A DNA stretch of 57,648 bases from NCBI GenBank assembly GCA_964562965.1, contig CAZLVX010000001.1, forward strand, positions 1 to 57,648, given 5' to 3'. Within the stretch, counting starts at the first letter, position 1; each line of letters opens with the position of its first letter. The DNA is from an uncultured Lishizhenia sp. (lineage in GTDB: Bacteria > Bacteroidota > Bacteroidia > Flavobacteriales_D > Crocinitomicaceae). This document shows, in pieces, positions 45,955 through 55,907 of this stretch. The translations under genes were made by a program, and so were the position numbers. The notes under the pieces were generated by a model that had not been told where the DNA came from, made no database searches, and was given only the letters and a program-made list of their open reading frames with translations.

Positions 45955-47298
45955 TTATAGCATTCTAACAGCTTGTTTGAACTGATTCCCTCGGTCTTCA
46001 TAATTTTCAAACAAATCAAAGCTTGCACAAGCTGGTGATAAAAGCACGGTCTCGTCTTTTTTAGCCAATCGATAACCATAGGCCACGGCTTCAACAGCTG
46101 AACTCGCTTCCACGATGGTTTCAACGGTTGTTGAGAATGCCTCAATTATTTTTTGATTTTCTGTTCCAAGGCAAATAATTGCTTTCACTTTGTCTTTAAC
46201 AAGTTCCATCAATTCGTTGTAATCGTTTCCTTTATCTACGCCTCCTACAATCCAAATCACTGGTTTTTCCATACTTTCTAAGGCAAACCACGTAGAATTA
46301 ATGTTCGTAGCTTTTGAGTCATTTATAAACTCAATACCGTTTACTTTTGCAACGAATTCTAGTCTATGTTCAACATTTACAAAGTCTTCGAGACTTTCTC
46401 GAACCACATCTTTACGAATTTCTACAATTCTCGCGGCAATACCTGCTGCCAGCGAATTTTGGGTGTTGTGCTTACCCTTCAAAGCTAAATCATGAATGGA
46501 CATAGTTAATTGATCTTTTATATTTATTGTTAGTTGTTCCTTAGTTGCATACCCTCCTACCTGAATCTCTTCTTTGAGTGAAAAAGGTGCGGTTTTCATT
46601 GGGAGTTTTCTTTTGGCGATTTCTGCCTGAATTATGGGGTCATCGAAATTATAAATGAACCAATCTTCATGGGTTTGATTATTTAAAATCCTAAATTTTG
46701 CGTCAACATAGCGTTGCATTTCATAAGCGTAGCGGTCTAAATGATCTGGGGTGATATTGGTTAGAATTCCAATGTCTGCTTTGAAATCAAACATATCGTC
46801 TAACTGAAATGAACTCAATTCAATGACATACCATTCGTGGTCACCTTCAGCTACTTGTTTGGCAAAACTATGTCCCACATTTCCCGCCAATCCAACATCC
46901 CAACCTGCTTTTTTCAGAATGTGGTGTGTAAGCATGGTGGTGGTAGTTTTGCCGTTACTTCCTGTGATGCATATTTTTTTTCCTTTGGTATAATAACTTG
47001 CAAATTCTATTTCCGAAATAACAGGAATTCCTCTATTGCGCAGTGCTATAATAAGTGGAGCAGTATTCGGTATTCCAGGAGATTTTACAATCAAATCACA
47101 GGATAAAATACGCGTCTCATCGTGCTGACCTTCTTCCCATTCAATATTTAAATTTTGCAGGTCTAGTTTAAATTCCTCTTTAATTTTTCCGGCATCAGAA
47201 ACAAACACGTTCCACTCTTGCTTTATGGCAAGAACAGCAGCTCCGAGTCCACTTTCTCCGGCTCCTAAAATCGCGATATGTTTTCCTTTTCCTTGCAT
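45955..47298 (-). CDS. murD: UDP-N-acetylmuramoylalanine--D-glutamate ligase
   Basis: 447 aa with ILGAGESGLGAA and GSNGKTTTT motifs. Confidence 0.95.
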   Translation of the reverse strand: MQGKGKHIAILGAGESGLGAAVLAIKQEWNVFVSDAGKIKEEFKLDLQNLNIEWEEGQHDETRILSCDLIVKSPGIPNTAPLIIALRNRGIPVISEIEFASYYTKGKKICITGSNGKTTTTMLTHHILKKAGWDVGLAGNVGHSFAKQVAEGDHEWYVIELSSFQLDDMFDFKADIGILTNITPDHLDRYAYEMQRYVDAKFRILNNQTHEDWFIYNFDDPIIQAEIAKRKLPMKTAPFSLKEEIQVGGYATKEQLTINIKDQLTMSIHDLALKGKHNTQNSLAAGIAARIVEIRKDVVRESLEDFVNVEHRLEFVAKVNGIEFINDSKATNINSTWFALESMEKPVIWIVGGVDKGNDYNELMELVKDKVKAIICLGTENQKIIEAFSTTVETIVEASSAVEAVAYGYRLAKKDETVLLSPACASFDLFENYEDRGNQFKQAVRML

Positions 47299-47301
47299 TG
47301 A

Positions 47302-48546
47302 CTATCTTAATTTTAGCGTTACGATGGTTACCACCGCTAGAAGCACTCCCACAATCCAAAATCGGGAAACAATTTTTGCTTCGTGTAAGCCTTTTTTCTG
47401 AAAATGATGATGTAAAGGAGCCATTAGAAAAATGCGCCGTCCTTCGCCAAATCGTCTTTTTGTGAATTTGAAATATCCAACTTGGAGCATTACGGATAAA
47501 TTTTCAATAAGGAACACCCCACAAAGCACCGGAATCAGCAGTTCCTTTCTGATGGCAATAGCAAATACGGCAATGATTCCGCCAATTGCCAAACTTCCGG
47601 TATCTCCCATAAAAACTTGTGCTGGAAATGAGTTATACCACAAAAATCCGATACATGCTCCTACGAATGCCGCGATAAAAATTACCATTTCTTCTGCTAA
47701 TGGTATGTACATTACATTTAAGTAATCTGCAAACTTCGCGTGAGAGCTGACATATGCCAAAACAGCCAAGGCTAAACCAATAATCGCAGATGTACCTGTT
47801 GCCAAACCATCTAATCCGTCGGTCATGTTGGCTCCGTTCGAAACAGCAATTACAATAAATATGACTATTGGAATAAAGAGCAACCAGCCATAAGATTTAT
47901 CCATATCACCAATAAGCCAGTTGTAATTAAACTCATTCCCTTTGATAAAAGGAATGGTGGTCGTCATGTCGTCGGTTTTGATCCATTTATAGTTCTCACC
48001 GTCATTTTGAACGTGAAGGTGCGTAACAAACTCTTCGTCATTCTGTAATTTATAGTCTGCGCTTACTCTTTTGTGAACGGTTACATCATCAGAAAAATAG
48101 AGGATACATCCGACTATTAATCCTACTCCAATTTGTCCTATTACTTTAAACGAACCCTTTAATCCTTCTTTGTTCTTTTTAAATACTTTGATATAGTCAT
48201 CTAAAAAGCCTATCATACCCAGCCAAATTGTGGCGATTATCATAGTGATGACGTAAATGTTATGCAGTTTAGCAAATAGAATCGTTGGAATTAAAATAGC
48301 GCTAAGAATGATGATCCCTCCCATTGTAGGCGTTCCTGACTTTTCTATTTGTCCTGCAAGTCCAAGATCTCGAACCGTTTCTCCGATTTGTTGCTTGCGT
48401 AGGGCAAGGATGATTTTCTTCCCAAAAACAATTGATACAATTAATGAGGTGATCAATGCCATGGCTGCTCGAAAGGAAATAAAGTCGAACAAACCGGCTC
48501 CCGGAACATTAAGTTTATCTAAGTAATCAAATAAGTAGTACAGCAT
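47302..48546 (-). CDS. mraY: phospho-N-acetylmuramoyl-pentapeptide transferase
   Basis: 414 aa, multi-TM, with [10 protein letters not shown] and [11 protein letters not shown] motifs. Carries a ~50-aa soluble loop insertion. Confidence 0.95.
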   Translation of the reverse strand: MLYYLFDYLDKLNVPGAGLFDFISFRAAMALITSLIVSIVFGKKIILALRKQQIGETVRDLGLAGQIEKSGTPTMGGIIILSAILIPTILFAKLHNIYVITMIIATIWLGMIGFLDDYIKVFKKNKEGLKGSFKVIGQIGVGLIVGCILYFSDDVTVHKRVSADYKLQNDEEFVTHLHVQNDGENYKWIKTDDMTTTIPFIKGNEFNYNWLIGDMDKSYGWLLFIPIVIFIVIAVSNGANMTDGLDGLATGTSAIIGLALAVLAYVSSHAKFADYLNVMYIPLAEEMVIFIAAFVGACIGFLWYNSFPAQVFMGDTGSLAIGGIIAVFAIAIRKELLIPVLCGVFLIENLSVMLQVGYFKFTKRRFGEGRRIFLMAPLHHHFQKKGLHEAKIVSRFWIVGVLLAVVTIVTLKLR

Positions 48547-50009
48547 TATTTCTTCAATTCATTAGTTAATTCTTGTGTTATCTTGAAATCATCAAAATCG
48601 TATTTAACTCCCATGATTTCTTGGTATTTCTCATGTCCTTTGCCCGCAATTAAAATGATATCACCCGGTTGTGCGAGTAGAATCGCGGTTTTAATAGCCT
48701 GTTTTCTATCCAGTACAGAAATGGATTTAGTTTGCAAATCTGGGGTCAACCCTGATTCCATATCTTGTAAAATTTGAGCGGGATCTTCTGTTCGTGGGTT
48801 ATCAGAAGTTAAAATAACTTGTTGACTCATCTTAGCGGCTATTTCCGCCATCAACGGACGTTTTGTTTTGTCACGATCTCCACCACATCCTACAAGTGTG
48901 ATGACTTTTTCTGTCCCCTTCTTTATTCCGTTAATAGTTTGGAGCACATTTTCCAATGCGTCAGGCGTGTGTGCATAATCCACAATAACTGTCAATCCGC
49001 CTTGACTTCTGTAATATTGAAATCTCCCATCAACTGAATTTAAATTACTGAGGCCTGTTAATACTTCTAATGATTCAAATCCTAAAGAGGTGGCCACGCC
49101 ATATACTGCCAGCAAGTTGTAGGCATTAAATTCTCCAACCAATTTGGTGTATACTTCTTTATTATTGATTTGAAGCACTAAACCACTGAGTGCGTTCTCA
49201 CTAATTTTCCCTTTAAAATCTGCAGGAGTTTTAAGTGCATAACTTAATTTTTGTGCCTTCGTGTTTTGCAACATTAGCGTTCCGTTCTTATCGTCAACAT
49301 TTGTCAAAGCAAAAGCAGCGCTGCTAAGTCCATCAAAAAAGGCTTTTTTTACATTTATGTATGCAGCAAAAGTTTGGTGGTAATCCAAATGGTCATGTGT
49401 TATATTGGTAAAAACCGCCCCATTGAAATCTAATCCAGCTATACGATGTTGATGAATTGCATGCGAACTGACTTCCATAAAACAATACCCACATCCTTGG
49501 TCGACCATTTTTCTCAATAATGCATTGAGTTGGACAGGATCGGGGGTGGTGTGTGTGGATGGGATTTCCTCTTCTCCAATCTTATTTACCACTGTTGAAA
49601 GCAAACCGGCTTTAGCTCCTAACTGCAAGAATAGACTATGAAGAAGAGTGGTGGTGGTGGTCTTTCCATTTGTTCCGGTTATACCCACTAATTTGAGATT
49701 TTTTGAAGGATGATCGTAAAAATTACATGCCGAAACTCCTAATGCATAGGCGGAATCTGCAACTTCCATCACATTGGCATCGTCAAATGAAACCTTATTA
49801 ATTTCTTGAACTACAAAATTGCGACAACCGTTAGCATAGGCCGCTGAAATATAATCATGACCATCGTTGTTCGTTCCTCTGATGGCGAAGAATAGTGAAG
49901 ACCCTGAGGCTTGACGAGAATCAAACGTTAATAATTCAATGGTATTATCAAGACTTCCTCTTACCTGAGAAAAAGCAATTCCATTTAATATATTATCTAA
50001 TGTTTTCAT
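48546..50009 (-). CDS. murE: UDP-N-acetylmuramoyl-L-alanyl-D-glutamate--2,6-diaminopimelate ligase
   Basis: 487 aa with [15 protein letters not shown] and a DNPR motif ([10 protein letters not shown]). Confidence 0.95.
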   Translation of the reverse strand: MKTLDNILNGIAFSQVRGSLDNTIELLTFDSRQASGSSLFFAIRGTNNDGHDYISAAYANGCRNFVVQEINKVSFDDANVMEVADSAYALGVSACNFYDHPSKNLKLVGITGTNGKTTTTTLLHSLFLQLGAKAGLLSTVVNKIGEEEIPSTHTTPDPVQLNALLRKMVDQGCGYCFMEVSSHAIHQHRIAGLDFNGAVFTNITHDHLDYHQTFAAYINVKKAFFDGLSSAAFALTNVDDKNGTLMLQNTKAQKLSYALKTPADFKGKISENALSGLVLQINNKEVYTKLVGEFNAYNLLAVYGVATSLGFESLEVLTGLSNLNSVDGRFQYYRSQGGLTVIVDYAHTPDALENVLQTINGIKKGTEKVITLVGCGGDRDKTKRPLMAEIAAKMSQQVILTSDNPRTEDPAQILQDMESGLTPDLQTKSISVLDRKQAIKTAILLAQPGDIILIAGKGHEKYQEIMGVKYDFDDFKITQELTNELKK

Positions 50010-52099
50010 TTAAATTCTAATCGTATTACTTGTCCTCTTGTTAGCGAAGTTCCTGGTGTGAGAGATTGTGACACCACCTTACCAAATCCTTTCATCTTCA
50101 CAATTAACCCTTTACTCTCGAGAATATAGACTGCATCTTTGGCATTCATTCCAAGCACATTTGGCACTTTTCCGTCTAGTTTTAATTTACTCGAAATAAT
50201 TACCTTTCCTTTGGTGGTATCAGCTCCTTGCCAATCGCCTAAAGATTGTATTGCGTATGGCAAGCCTAATTTTTGAGCTACCGAAATAATATCTTTGGAA
50301 TATCCTGTTTTAAACTGTGGTAAATCTTTTGATTTGACTCCTTCGTTTACTGCCTTGTGGTATTTTAAAGAGGACGCGTACACCTTGTTAGCTACTTCGG
50401 CAAATACAGTTCCTGCAGCTTCCGCACCATAATATGCAATTGCTGGATTTGGTTTTGAAATCACTACAATACAACTGTATATTGGGTTATCCGCTGGAAA
50501 GTATCCAACAAAAGAAGCCTGATAAGAGCTATTGGACTCATTTTCTCCGTATTGACCTTTGTCCCCTTGTATTTCGGCTGTACCTGTTTTACCTGCAATT
50601 TTAAACATGGAACTTATTAGTTGCTTACCTGTACCGTTTGTCATTACCCCTTTCATGCATTCCTGCATAATTTTTACGGTTTTATCAGAACATACTTTTT
50701 CACGCAACACCACTGGGTTAAAAGTTTGAATGGTAGCACCTCCCCTTCTTATTTCTTGGACAAAAAGCGGACGTACAAGCTTGCCATTATTTGCTATCGC
50801 ATTATATAAGGATAAGGTCTGTAAAGGCGTTTGCAGCACACTATATCCAATAGACATCCAAGGCAATGAGATTGCGTTCCAAGCATCCGTTCCTGGTTTT
50901 GGAAACACAGGATTCGCTTCACCTTTCAGGTCAATACCGAGAGGTTCAGTTACACCAAATTGTTTGAGTTTATCCAAGAATCGTTGCGGCTCATTTCGAT
51001 ACGCATTATGTATAATTTGAGAAATAACATTCGAAGACTTTTCAAAAGCCTGTTGGATGGTTATTTGACCGTAACCATTTCCGTGATTCGAGTCTTTAAG
51101 TTTATGGCCTGCTGCGAAATTATAGGTTCCGACCGCATTCACTTTGTCGGTAATGTTAAATTTCCCATCTTCCAATCCCGCCATTAGAGAGGCCAGTTTC
51201 ATTGTGGAACCAGGCACTTCTCCTTGAGCTAATGCATAGTTGAACTCGTCTGCACATGTGCCATTTGATTTTCTTTTTAAGTTGGCGATGGCGCGCACGT
51301 AACCGGTTTTGACTTCCATTACAACAACACAACCATGATCTGCCTCTAATGCCAAAACTTGTCGATAAAGTTCTGAATGCGCCACTTCTTGAATCTCTTT
51401 ATCTATGGTAGTTACAACATCGGCCCCTTCAACAGCATCTTTGGTAACCTGACCGATTTTTTTCCATCCTGTCGCAAAACGCTGCTCGACCTCTTCCCCT
51501 GGTTCTCCTTTCAGGTAATTAAAATAAGCTCCATAAATTCCAATCATACGGTCATCACCCAAGGTTCTTGTCAACATTGGATTATAAGGTTTTTCAATTT
51601 TCACGTGCTCAACATCATCAATTAAACCACCTTTGAAGCGACCTAATTTAAAGATGGGTAATTTTCGTAATTTCAATCGCTGATCATTGGTAACAGCTTT
51701 ACGAATCAGAACACTTCGACTGCCTTCATTTCTTGCCTTGAGAATTAAATCCACATAATGCGCTTCGTTTTCTTGTGGATACATTTTATGAAGTGCTTGT
51801 CCAAGTTCATTAAGGTCTTTATCGAATACCTTTTGATCTACAACGGTTGGATCCATGTAGATATCATAATAGGTAACATGAGTTAGTAAGGTATTGTAAT
51901 TTCTATCTAGGATTTCTCCCTTTCTGGCTGGTCGCTCCACAGTACGGTATGGGATTTTGTCATCAGAACTTGAAAACACATTCGACCTACCCTCCATTTG
52001 TAAGGAAACCGTTTTATACAAAACAATTAGCATGAGCACAATAAAACCAAAGTAGATGGTATATGCACGGTAATAAAGAAAATTCTTGTCCTGACTCAT
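50006..52099 (-). CDS. ftsI: penicillin-binding protein 3 (FtsI) with C-terminal PASTA domain
   Basis: 697 aa with an N-terminal TM helix, transpeptidase motifs (PGSTMK, SSN, KTGT), and a C-terminal VPNVLGMNAKDAVYILESKGLIVKMKGFGKVVSQSLTPGTSLTRGQVIRLEF. Confidence 0.95.
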   Translation of the reverse strand: MSQDKNFLYYRAYTIYFGFIVLMLIVLYKTVSLQMEGRSNVFSSSDDKIPYRTVERPARKGEILDRNYNTLLTHVTYYDIYMDPTVVDQKVFDKDLNELGQALHKMYPQENEAHYVDLILKARNEGSRSVLIRKAVTNDQRLKLRKLPIFKLGRFKGGLIDDVEHVKIEKPYNPMLTRTLGDDRMIGIYGAYFNYLKGEPGEEVEQRFATGWKKIGQVTKDAVEGADVVTTIDKEIQEVAHSELYRQVLALEADHGCVVVMEVKTGYVRAIANLKRKSNGTCADEFNYALAQGEVPGSTMKLASLMAGLEDGKFNITDKVNAVGTYNFAAGHKLKDSNHGNGYGQITIQQAFEKSSNVISQIIHNAYRNEPQRFLDKLKQFGVTEPLGIDLKGEANPVFPKPGTDAWNAISLPWMSIGYSVLQTPLQTLSLYNAIANNGKLVRPLFVQEIRRGGATIQTFNPVVLREKVCSDKTVKIMQECMKGVMTNGTGKQLISSMFKIAGKTGTAEIQGDKGQYGENESNSSYQASFVGYFPADNPIYSCIVVISKPNPAIAYYGAEAAGTVFAEVANKVYASSLKYHKAVNEGVKSKDLPQFKTGYSKDIISVAQKLGLPYAIQSLGDWQGADTTKGKVIISSKLKLDGKVPNVLGMNAKDAVYILESKGLIVKMKGFGKVVSQSLTPGTSLTRGQVIRLEFK

Positions 52100-52515
52100 G
52101 GTTTAACTCGAATTACTTTGGTGGCATTTTTAGTTTCTTTAAGACCAGTTGAATCCAACTTTTCTACTAAACTTATTCTTCTCGTTTCCGCCTCTAATTT
52201 TGATTTAAGTTCCACATATTCAGCAGCACTTTGATCAAGATCGCGTTGAGCTTTTACAATATCCTTTCCTACTTCTTTACCGTAATATCCTTTTGCGATA
52301 AGCAGAATTAACAGAAACATTAAGAAGAACAGAAAACTCAAGTTATTCAAAAAGAATTCTTTAGTAAGAAAATCCCCATTTAAGATTTGCGTGAACGCAT
52401 TTACCTTCTTTGGGTTTTTGTTAACAGATTTAGGAGCATTGTTTTTCTTCTCTGCTTTTTTAGCAGGCTCCTTATCATCAGGCAGATTGTATACTATGTA
52501 GTCATTATCTGTCAT
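52096..52515 (-). CDS. ftsL: FtsL-like cell division protein
   Basis: 139 aa with a basic N-terminus, a single TM helix (LSFLFFLMFLLILLIA) and a coiled-coil region. Sits between rsmH and ftsI. Confidence 0.7.
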   Translation of the reverse strand: MTDNDYIVYNLPDDKEPAKKAEKKNNAPKSVNKNPKKVNAFTQILNGDFLTKEFFLNNLSFLFFLMFLLILLIAKGYYGKEVGKDIVKAQRDLDQSAAEYVELKSKLEAETRRISLVEKLDSTGLKETKNATKVIRVKP

Positions 52516-53435
52516 CTCTTCTCTGCAATTCTTAATTTAGCGCTACGCGAACGCGAGTTTTGTTGAATCTCATTTTCATCAGCCACAATAGGATGGCGAG
52601 TAATTTCATTAAAAGGCTTCAGTACATTTCCAAAAAAATCCTTTTCGATATTTCCATCAAACGAACCGCGTTTCATGAAGTTTTTGACAAGTCTATCTTC
52701 TAAAGAATGATAAGACATTACGACCAATCTACCTCCTGGTTTAAGCAATTCAGCAGCTTGTTCGAGCATTGATTTTAGCACTTCCAATTCTTGATTAACC
52801 TCAATTCGAATCGCCTGAAAAACCTGTGCGTAGAACTTATGATCTTTAAACTTTGGCGCAAATCGTCGTAACGCCTCCATTAATTCAACTGTGGTTTCTA
52901 TTGGAGTATCTGCTCGCTTGGAAATGATTGTTGCCGCCATAGCGCGGGAAGAAGGCAATTCACCATATACTTTAAAAATTTGAGTTAACTGCTCTTCTTC
53001 ATACTGGTTTACCACTTCATAGGCAGATAATTTTGCTTGCTGATTCATTCGCATATCTAAGCGCGCATTTTCACGGATGCTAAATCCTCTTGCAGGCTCA
53101 TCAAATTGATAAGAAGAAACACCAAGATCAGCCAACAATCCATCGATTGCCAGAACATTATGAAGTTTCAAATGATTTTTTAAATAGCTAAAATTCGCAG
53201 GAATTAACTGGAAATTTGGTGCTTCCCATACATTTTGCTGAGCAGCTTGATCCTGATCAAACGCGAAGAGTTTTCCTTGATTTCCTAAAGCATTAAAAAT
53301 AGCCTTGGAATGCCCACCACCTCCAAAGGTAACATCTACATATATACCGTCTGGATTAATATTCAACCCATCGATACACTCATTAAAGAGCACTGGTATG
53401 TGGTAAGCCGTATTATTCTCCATTGTCCAAATCAC
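52512..53435 (-). CDS. rsmH: 16S rRNA (cytosine1402-N4)-methyltransferase
   Basis: YHIPVLFNECIDGL..., DVTFGGGGHS and LADLGVSSYQFD motifs. The start may be the ATG at 53423 (MENNTAYH) rather than 53435. Confidence 0.95.
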   Translation of the reverse strand: MIWTMENNTAYHIPVLFNECIDGLNINPDGIYVDVTFGGGGHSKAIFNALGNQGKLFAFDQDQAAQQNVWEAPNFQLIPANFSYLKNHLKLHNVLAIDGLLADLGVSSYQFDEPARGFSIRENARLDMRMNQQAKLSAYEVVNQYEEEQLTQIFKVYGELPSSRAMAATIISKRADTPIETTVELMEALRRFAPKFKDHKFYAQVFQAIRIEVNQELEVLKSMLEQAAELLKPGGRLVVMSYHSLEDRLVKNFMKRGSFDGNIEKDFFGNVLKPFNEITRHPIVADENEIQQNSRSRSAKLRIAEKR

Positions 53436-53871
53436 CCATTACTTCATCCGCCAAATCAGCGAAATCAGCCATGTTTCCTTCGATCATTTCGAAGTATTTG
53501 GATTTGTCCCAGATTTCAATTCTGTCATTGTATGCAATAAGCATAACCTCTGACTCAAGGCCCACCCGCTCCATTAGCGCAACAGGTATTAACACCCTGC
53601 CTGCATTATCCAATGTCACCTGTTTTGCCCCTTGGTGAAATAAGCGGTAGAACATCCTGTTCTTCGGTTTGAATAAGTTCATTTTCGAAAGCTTGTCGCT
53701 TATTCGCTCCCAATCTGGAAGAGGAAACAAAGTCAAACACTCTTCAAATCCTTTATTCAACATGAAATCTCGCTGAGACGACGTAGGAAGCTGCTTCCTT
53801 AATCCAGAAGGAAATAAAAACCGACCCTTTTCGTCAAGTTTTACTTCAAATTCTCCTACTAATCCTGCCAT
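53413..53871 (-). CDS. mraZ: transcriptional regulator MraZ
   Basis: 152 aa with two SpoVT/AbrB-like repeats (LDEKGRFLFPSGLRKQL and LDNAGRVLIPVALMERV). Confidence 0.95.
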   Translation of the reverse strand: MAGLVGEFEVKLDEKGRFLFPSGLRKQLPTSSQRDFMLNKGFEECLTLFPLPDWERISDKLSKMNLFKPKNRMFYRLFHQGAKQVTLDNAGRVLIPVALMERVGLESEVMLIAYNDRIEIWDKSKYFEMIEGNMADFADLADEVMGDLDNGE

Positions 53872-53903
53872 AGCTTAAATAATGGGTAAAATTAATGGAA
53901 TAA

Positions 53904-53922
53904 TTACCACTTTTTACCACTT
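53904..53922 (-). promoter_or_regulatory. candidate MraZ operator: two AAGTGGTAA direct repeats at 10-bp phasing
   Basis: Minus strand reads AAGTGGTAA-A-AAGTGGTAA (plus-strand TTACCACTT at 53904-53912 and 53914-53922). Located between the predicted -7 box and the mraZ ATG. Confidence 0.5.
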
Positions 53923-53954
53923 GATTTTAAATTGTTGATAACTTCTAACGTTTA

Positions 53955-53962
53955 GCAAATAT
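53955..53962 (-). promoter_or_regulatory. -7 box TATATTTG, candidate dcw (Pmra) promoter
   Basis: Minus-strand TATATTTG, 83 nt upstream of the mraZ ATG. Confidence 0.4.
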
Positions 53963-54028
53963 ATTGGTTTCAATTGAGAATAAAAAATACGTCTAATTCC
54001 TTTATTTTATTTGACTTTTTTAATTATA

Positions 54029-54044
54029 GTGGGAGTTTGTGGGA
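54029..54044 (+). promoter_or_regulatory. second pair of GTGG-core direct repeats (GTGGGA x2, 10-bp phasing)
   Basis: GTGGGA at 54029-54034 and 54039-54044, in the opposite orientation to the 53904-53922 pair and within the same mraZ/eamA divergent intergenic region. Confidence 0.35.
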
Positions 54045-54118
54045 ACTTTTTAACACGTAATTCACAATGTACGTTTACAAGTTTTAAAATGCTTAGAAAT
54101 GTTGCCACTCAATTGACT

Positions 54119-54126
54119 TAATTTTG
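54119..54126 (+). promoter_or_regulatory. -7 box TAATTTTG upstream of the EamA transporter gene
   Basis: Matches TAnnTTTG, 4 nt before the ATG at 54131. Confidence 0.35.
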
Positions 54127-54130
54127 ACGC

Positions 54131-55048
54131 ATGACCAACGCCCTTAAAAGCTGGATTCTATTGATTATCCTTTCCATCATCTGGGGAAGCTCATTTATAT
54201 TGATGAAAAAAGGCATGTATGGCAGTAATGGCGAGCCAATTTTTAGTGCTCCTCAAGTTGGATCACTTCGCATGCTGATTGCTTCAAGTGTTTTATTACC
54301 CTGGGCAATCAAGGGATGGCAATCGCTCCAATCGAAGAAAGACATTCTTTATTTCTCCATTGTGGGAACTTGTGGAAGTTTCTTGCCTGCGTTTTTATTT
54401 ACGTTTGCAGAAACAGGTATCACATCTGGCCTCGCAGGTATGCTAAATAGTTTCACGCCTATTTTCACTATTCTTCTCGGATTACTAATTTTTCAGCAAC
54501 GACTAAATTCTTATCAATATATTGGAGTAAGTATCGGCACTGTTGGAATTATTTTACTTGTTTTGTCTGGAAAACAAAGTTCACTTTCAGGCGATACCAC
54601 GCATATTCTTGCTGTAATTGCAGCAACTCTATTGTACGCCATAAGCCTGAGTACCATAAAATACAAATTACAACACTACAGCTCCATGCAAGTCACAAGC
54701 ATTTCTTTGTCTTTGATTTGGATACCTGCTTTTTTAATTGTTTTATTTATGGACACACCAACGGTGATATTAGAAAATGACCTAGCTTCTGATGGACTGT
54801 GTGCCATAATCGTTCTCGCTTTATTTGGAACAGCTATCGCCACAATTCTCTTCAATGCTACTATTCGTTTATCATCGGCATTGTTCGCAAGTAGTGTGAC
54901 ATACTTAATGCCCATCGTTTCGGTTTTGATTGGTTGGCGTTTTGGCGAAGTTATTACAGCAGCGCAAATTGGCTCTATGTTTATCATTCTCTTGGGTATT
55001 CTTTTGGCTAATTTACCGGGTTTACTTAAGCTAAAATCAAGTAAATAA
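54131..55048 (+). CDS. EamA/DMT family transporter
   Basis: 305 aa with ~10 TM helices in two EamA-like halves. Confidence 0.85.
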   Translation: MTNALKSWILLIILSIIWGSSFILMKKGMYGSNGEPIFSAPQVGSLRMLIASSVLLPWAIKGWQSLQSKKDILYFSIVGTCGSFLPAFLFTFAETGITSGLAGMLNSFTPIFTILLGLLIFQQRLNSYQYIGVSIGTVGIILLVLSGKQSSLSGDTTHILAVIAATLLYAISLSTIKYKLQHYSSMQVTSISLSLIWIPAFLIVLFMDTPTVILENDLASDGLCAIIVLALFGTAIATILFNATIRLSSALFASSVTYLMPIVSVLIGWRFGEVITAAQIGSMFIILLGILLANLPGLLKLKSSK

Positions 55049-55088
55049 AATACTATCTTTCTAAACAGAAATAATTCGTGTAATTTAG

Positions 55089-55119
55089 TTTGCTGAATAA
55101 GGATAATATCGTATCTTTG
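55089..55119 (+). promoter_or_regulatory. rplU-rpmA promoter (TTTG-N19-TATCTTTG)
   Basis: TTTG at 55089-55092, a 19-nt spacer, then TATCTTTG at 55112-55119. Full match to the Bacteroidota -33/-7 architecture, 26 nt before the ATG. Confidence 0.6.
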
Positions 55120-55145
55120 CAATCCTAAATTTAAAAATTAGCTAT

Positions 55146-55457
55146 ATGTACGCAATTGTAGAGATAGCAGGGCAGCAGTTCAAAGTGCAAAAAGACCAAA
55201 AGGTATTTGTACACAGATTATCAGCTGAAACTGGTTCTAAAGTAGAATTTGATCGAGTTTTATTAGTTGATAACGATGGTAAAATTTCAGTTGGCGCCCC
55301 GGCTATAGAAGGTGCAAAAGTCACCGCAGAAGTCCTTGACCATGTGAAAGGAGATAAAGTAATCGTTTTCAAAAAGAAAAGAAGAAAAGGTTACCAAAAA
55401 AGCAACGGTCACCGTCAACAGTTTACGGCGATCAGTATTAAAGATATTAAAGCATAA
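55146..55457 (+). CDS. rplU: 50S ribosomal protein L21
   Basis: 103 aa starting [25 protein letters not shown]... Confidence 0.97.
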   Translation: MYAIVEIAGQQFKVQKDQKVFVHRLSAETGSKVEFDRVLLVDNDGKISVGAPAIEGAKVTAEVLDHVKGDKVIVFKKKRRKGYQKSNGHRQQFTAISIKDIKA

Positions 55458-55486
55458 TCTCGCTTAGCGAATAAAAACATAAGACG

Positions 55487-55759
55487 ATGGCACACAAAAA
55501 AGGAGTTGGTAGTTCGAAAAACGGTCGTGAATCCCATAGCAAACGTTTGGGTGTGAAAATTTTTGGAGGACAAGCAGCTATTGCTGGAAACATTATTGTT
55601 CGTCAGAGAGGCACACAACATCATCCTGGGAATAATGTAGGCATTGGTAAAGATCATACATTATTTGCATTAACGGATGGTTTAGTAGAATTCCGTAAGA
55701 AAAAAGACAATCGTTCATTTGTTTCTGTTGTTCCGTTTGAAAAAGGAGCCGAAGCATAA
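55487..55759 (+). CDS. rpmA: 50S ribosomal protein L27
   Basis: 90 aa starting [24 protein letters not shown]... Confidence 0.97.
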   Translation: MAHKKGVGSSKNGRESHSKRLGVKIFGGQAAIAGNIIVRQRGTQHHPGNNVGIGKDHTLFALTDGLVEFRKKKDNRSFVSVVPFEKGAEA

Positions 55760-55780
55760 TTGAATCCATATTGGTTAGAA

Positions 55781-55808
55781 AGCTGTTCGAAAGAGCAGCT
55801 TTTTTTTT
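55781..55808 (+). terminator. intrinsic terminator after rpmA
   Basis: AGCTGTTC-GAAA-GAGCAGCT (8 bp including one G:U) followed by T8. Confidence 0.85.
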
Positions 55809-55895
55809 GCCGTAACTTAAATTCCTAAGGTTTATCTTAATCAATAGAATACAATAAGTTTCCATTCGCTAAATACAATAACAAAATATCTCTAT

Positions 55896-55903
55896 TAAAT
55901 TTG
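55896..55903 (+). promoter_or_regulatory. -7 box TAAATTTG upstream of lnt
   Basis: Matches TAnnTTTG, 4 nt before the ATG at 55908. Confidence 0.35.
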
Positions 55904-55907
55904 TCGC

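Noticed and set aside
45954-46145. Upstream extension of track ORF 45525..46145 (206 aa), overlapping the 3' end of murD in another frame.
   Set aside because: The extension (MRHSQQPLKPSWKRV...) has no recognisable features and lies entirely inside the strongly supported murD. The internal ATG at 45953, directly after the murD stop, gives a tidy operon junction.
49649-49661. GGT trinucleotide run (gtggtggtggtgg) as a microsatellite.
   Set aside because: It is the antisense of ACC codons encoding the TTTT of the MurE P-loop region ([12 protein letters not shown]), so it is coding-constrained rather than a repeat element.
54011-54030. TTGACT ... TATAGT resembling a sigma-70 -35/-10 pair in the mraZ/eamA intergenic region.
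   Set aside because: The hexamers are only 8 nt apart rather than ~17. The other promoters in this window follow the Bacteroidota TAnnTTTG architecture instead.
54676-55122. 148-aa antisense ORF overlapping the 3' half of the EamA transporter gene, plus the 76-aa ORF antisense to rplU (55142..55372).
   Set aside because: The opposite-strand genes are strongly supported. The antisense translations are low-information (Ile/Lys/Thr-rich) and lack promoters or motifs.
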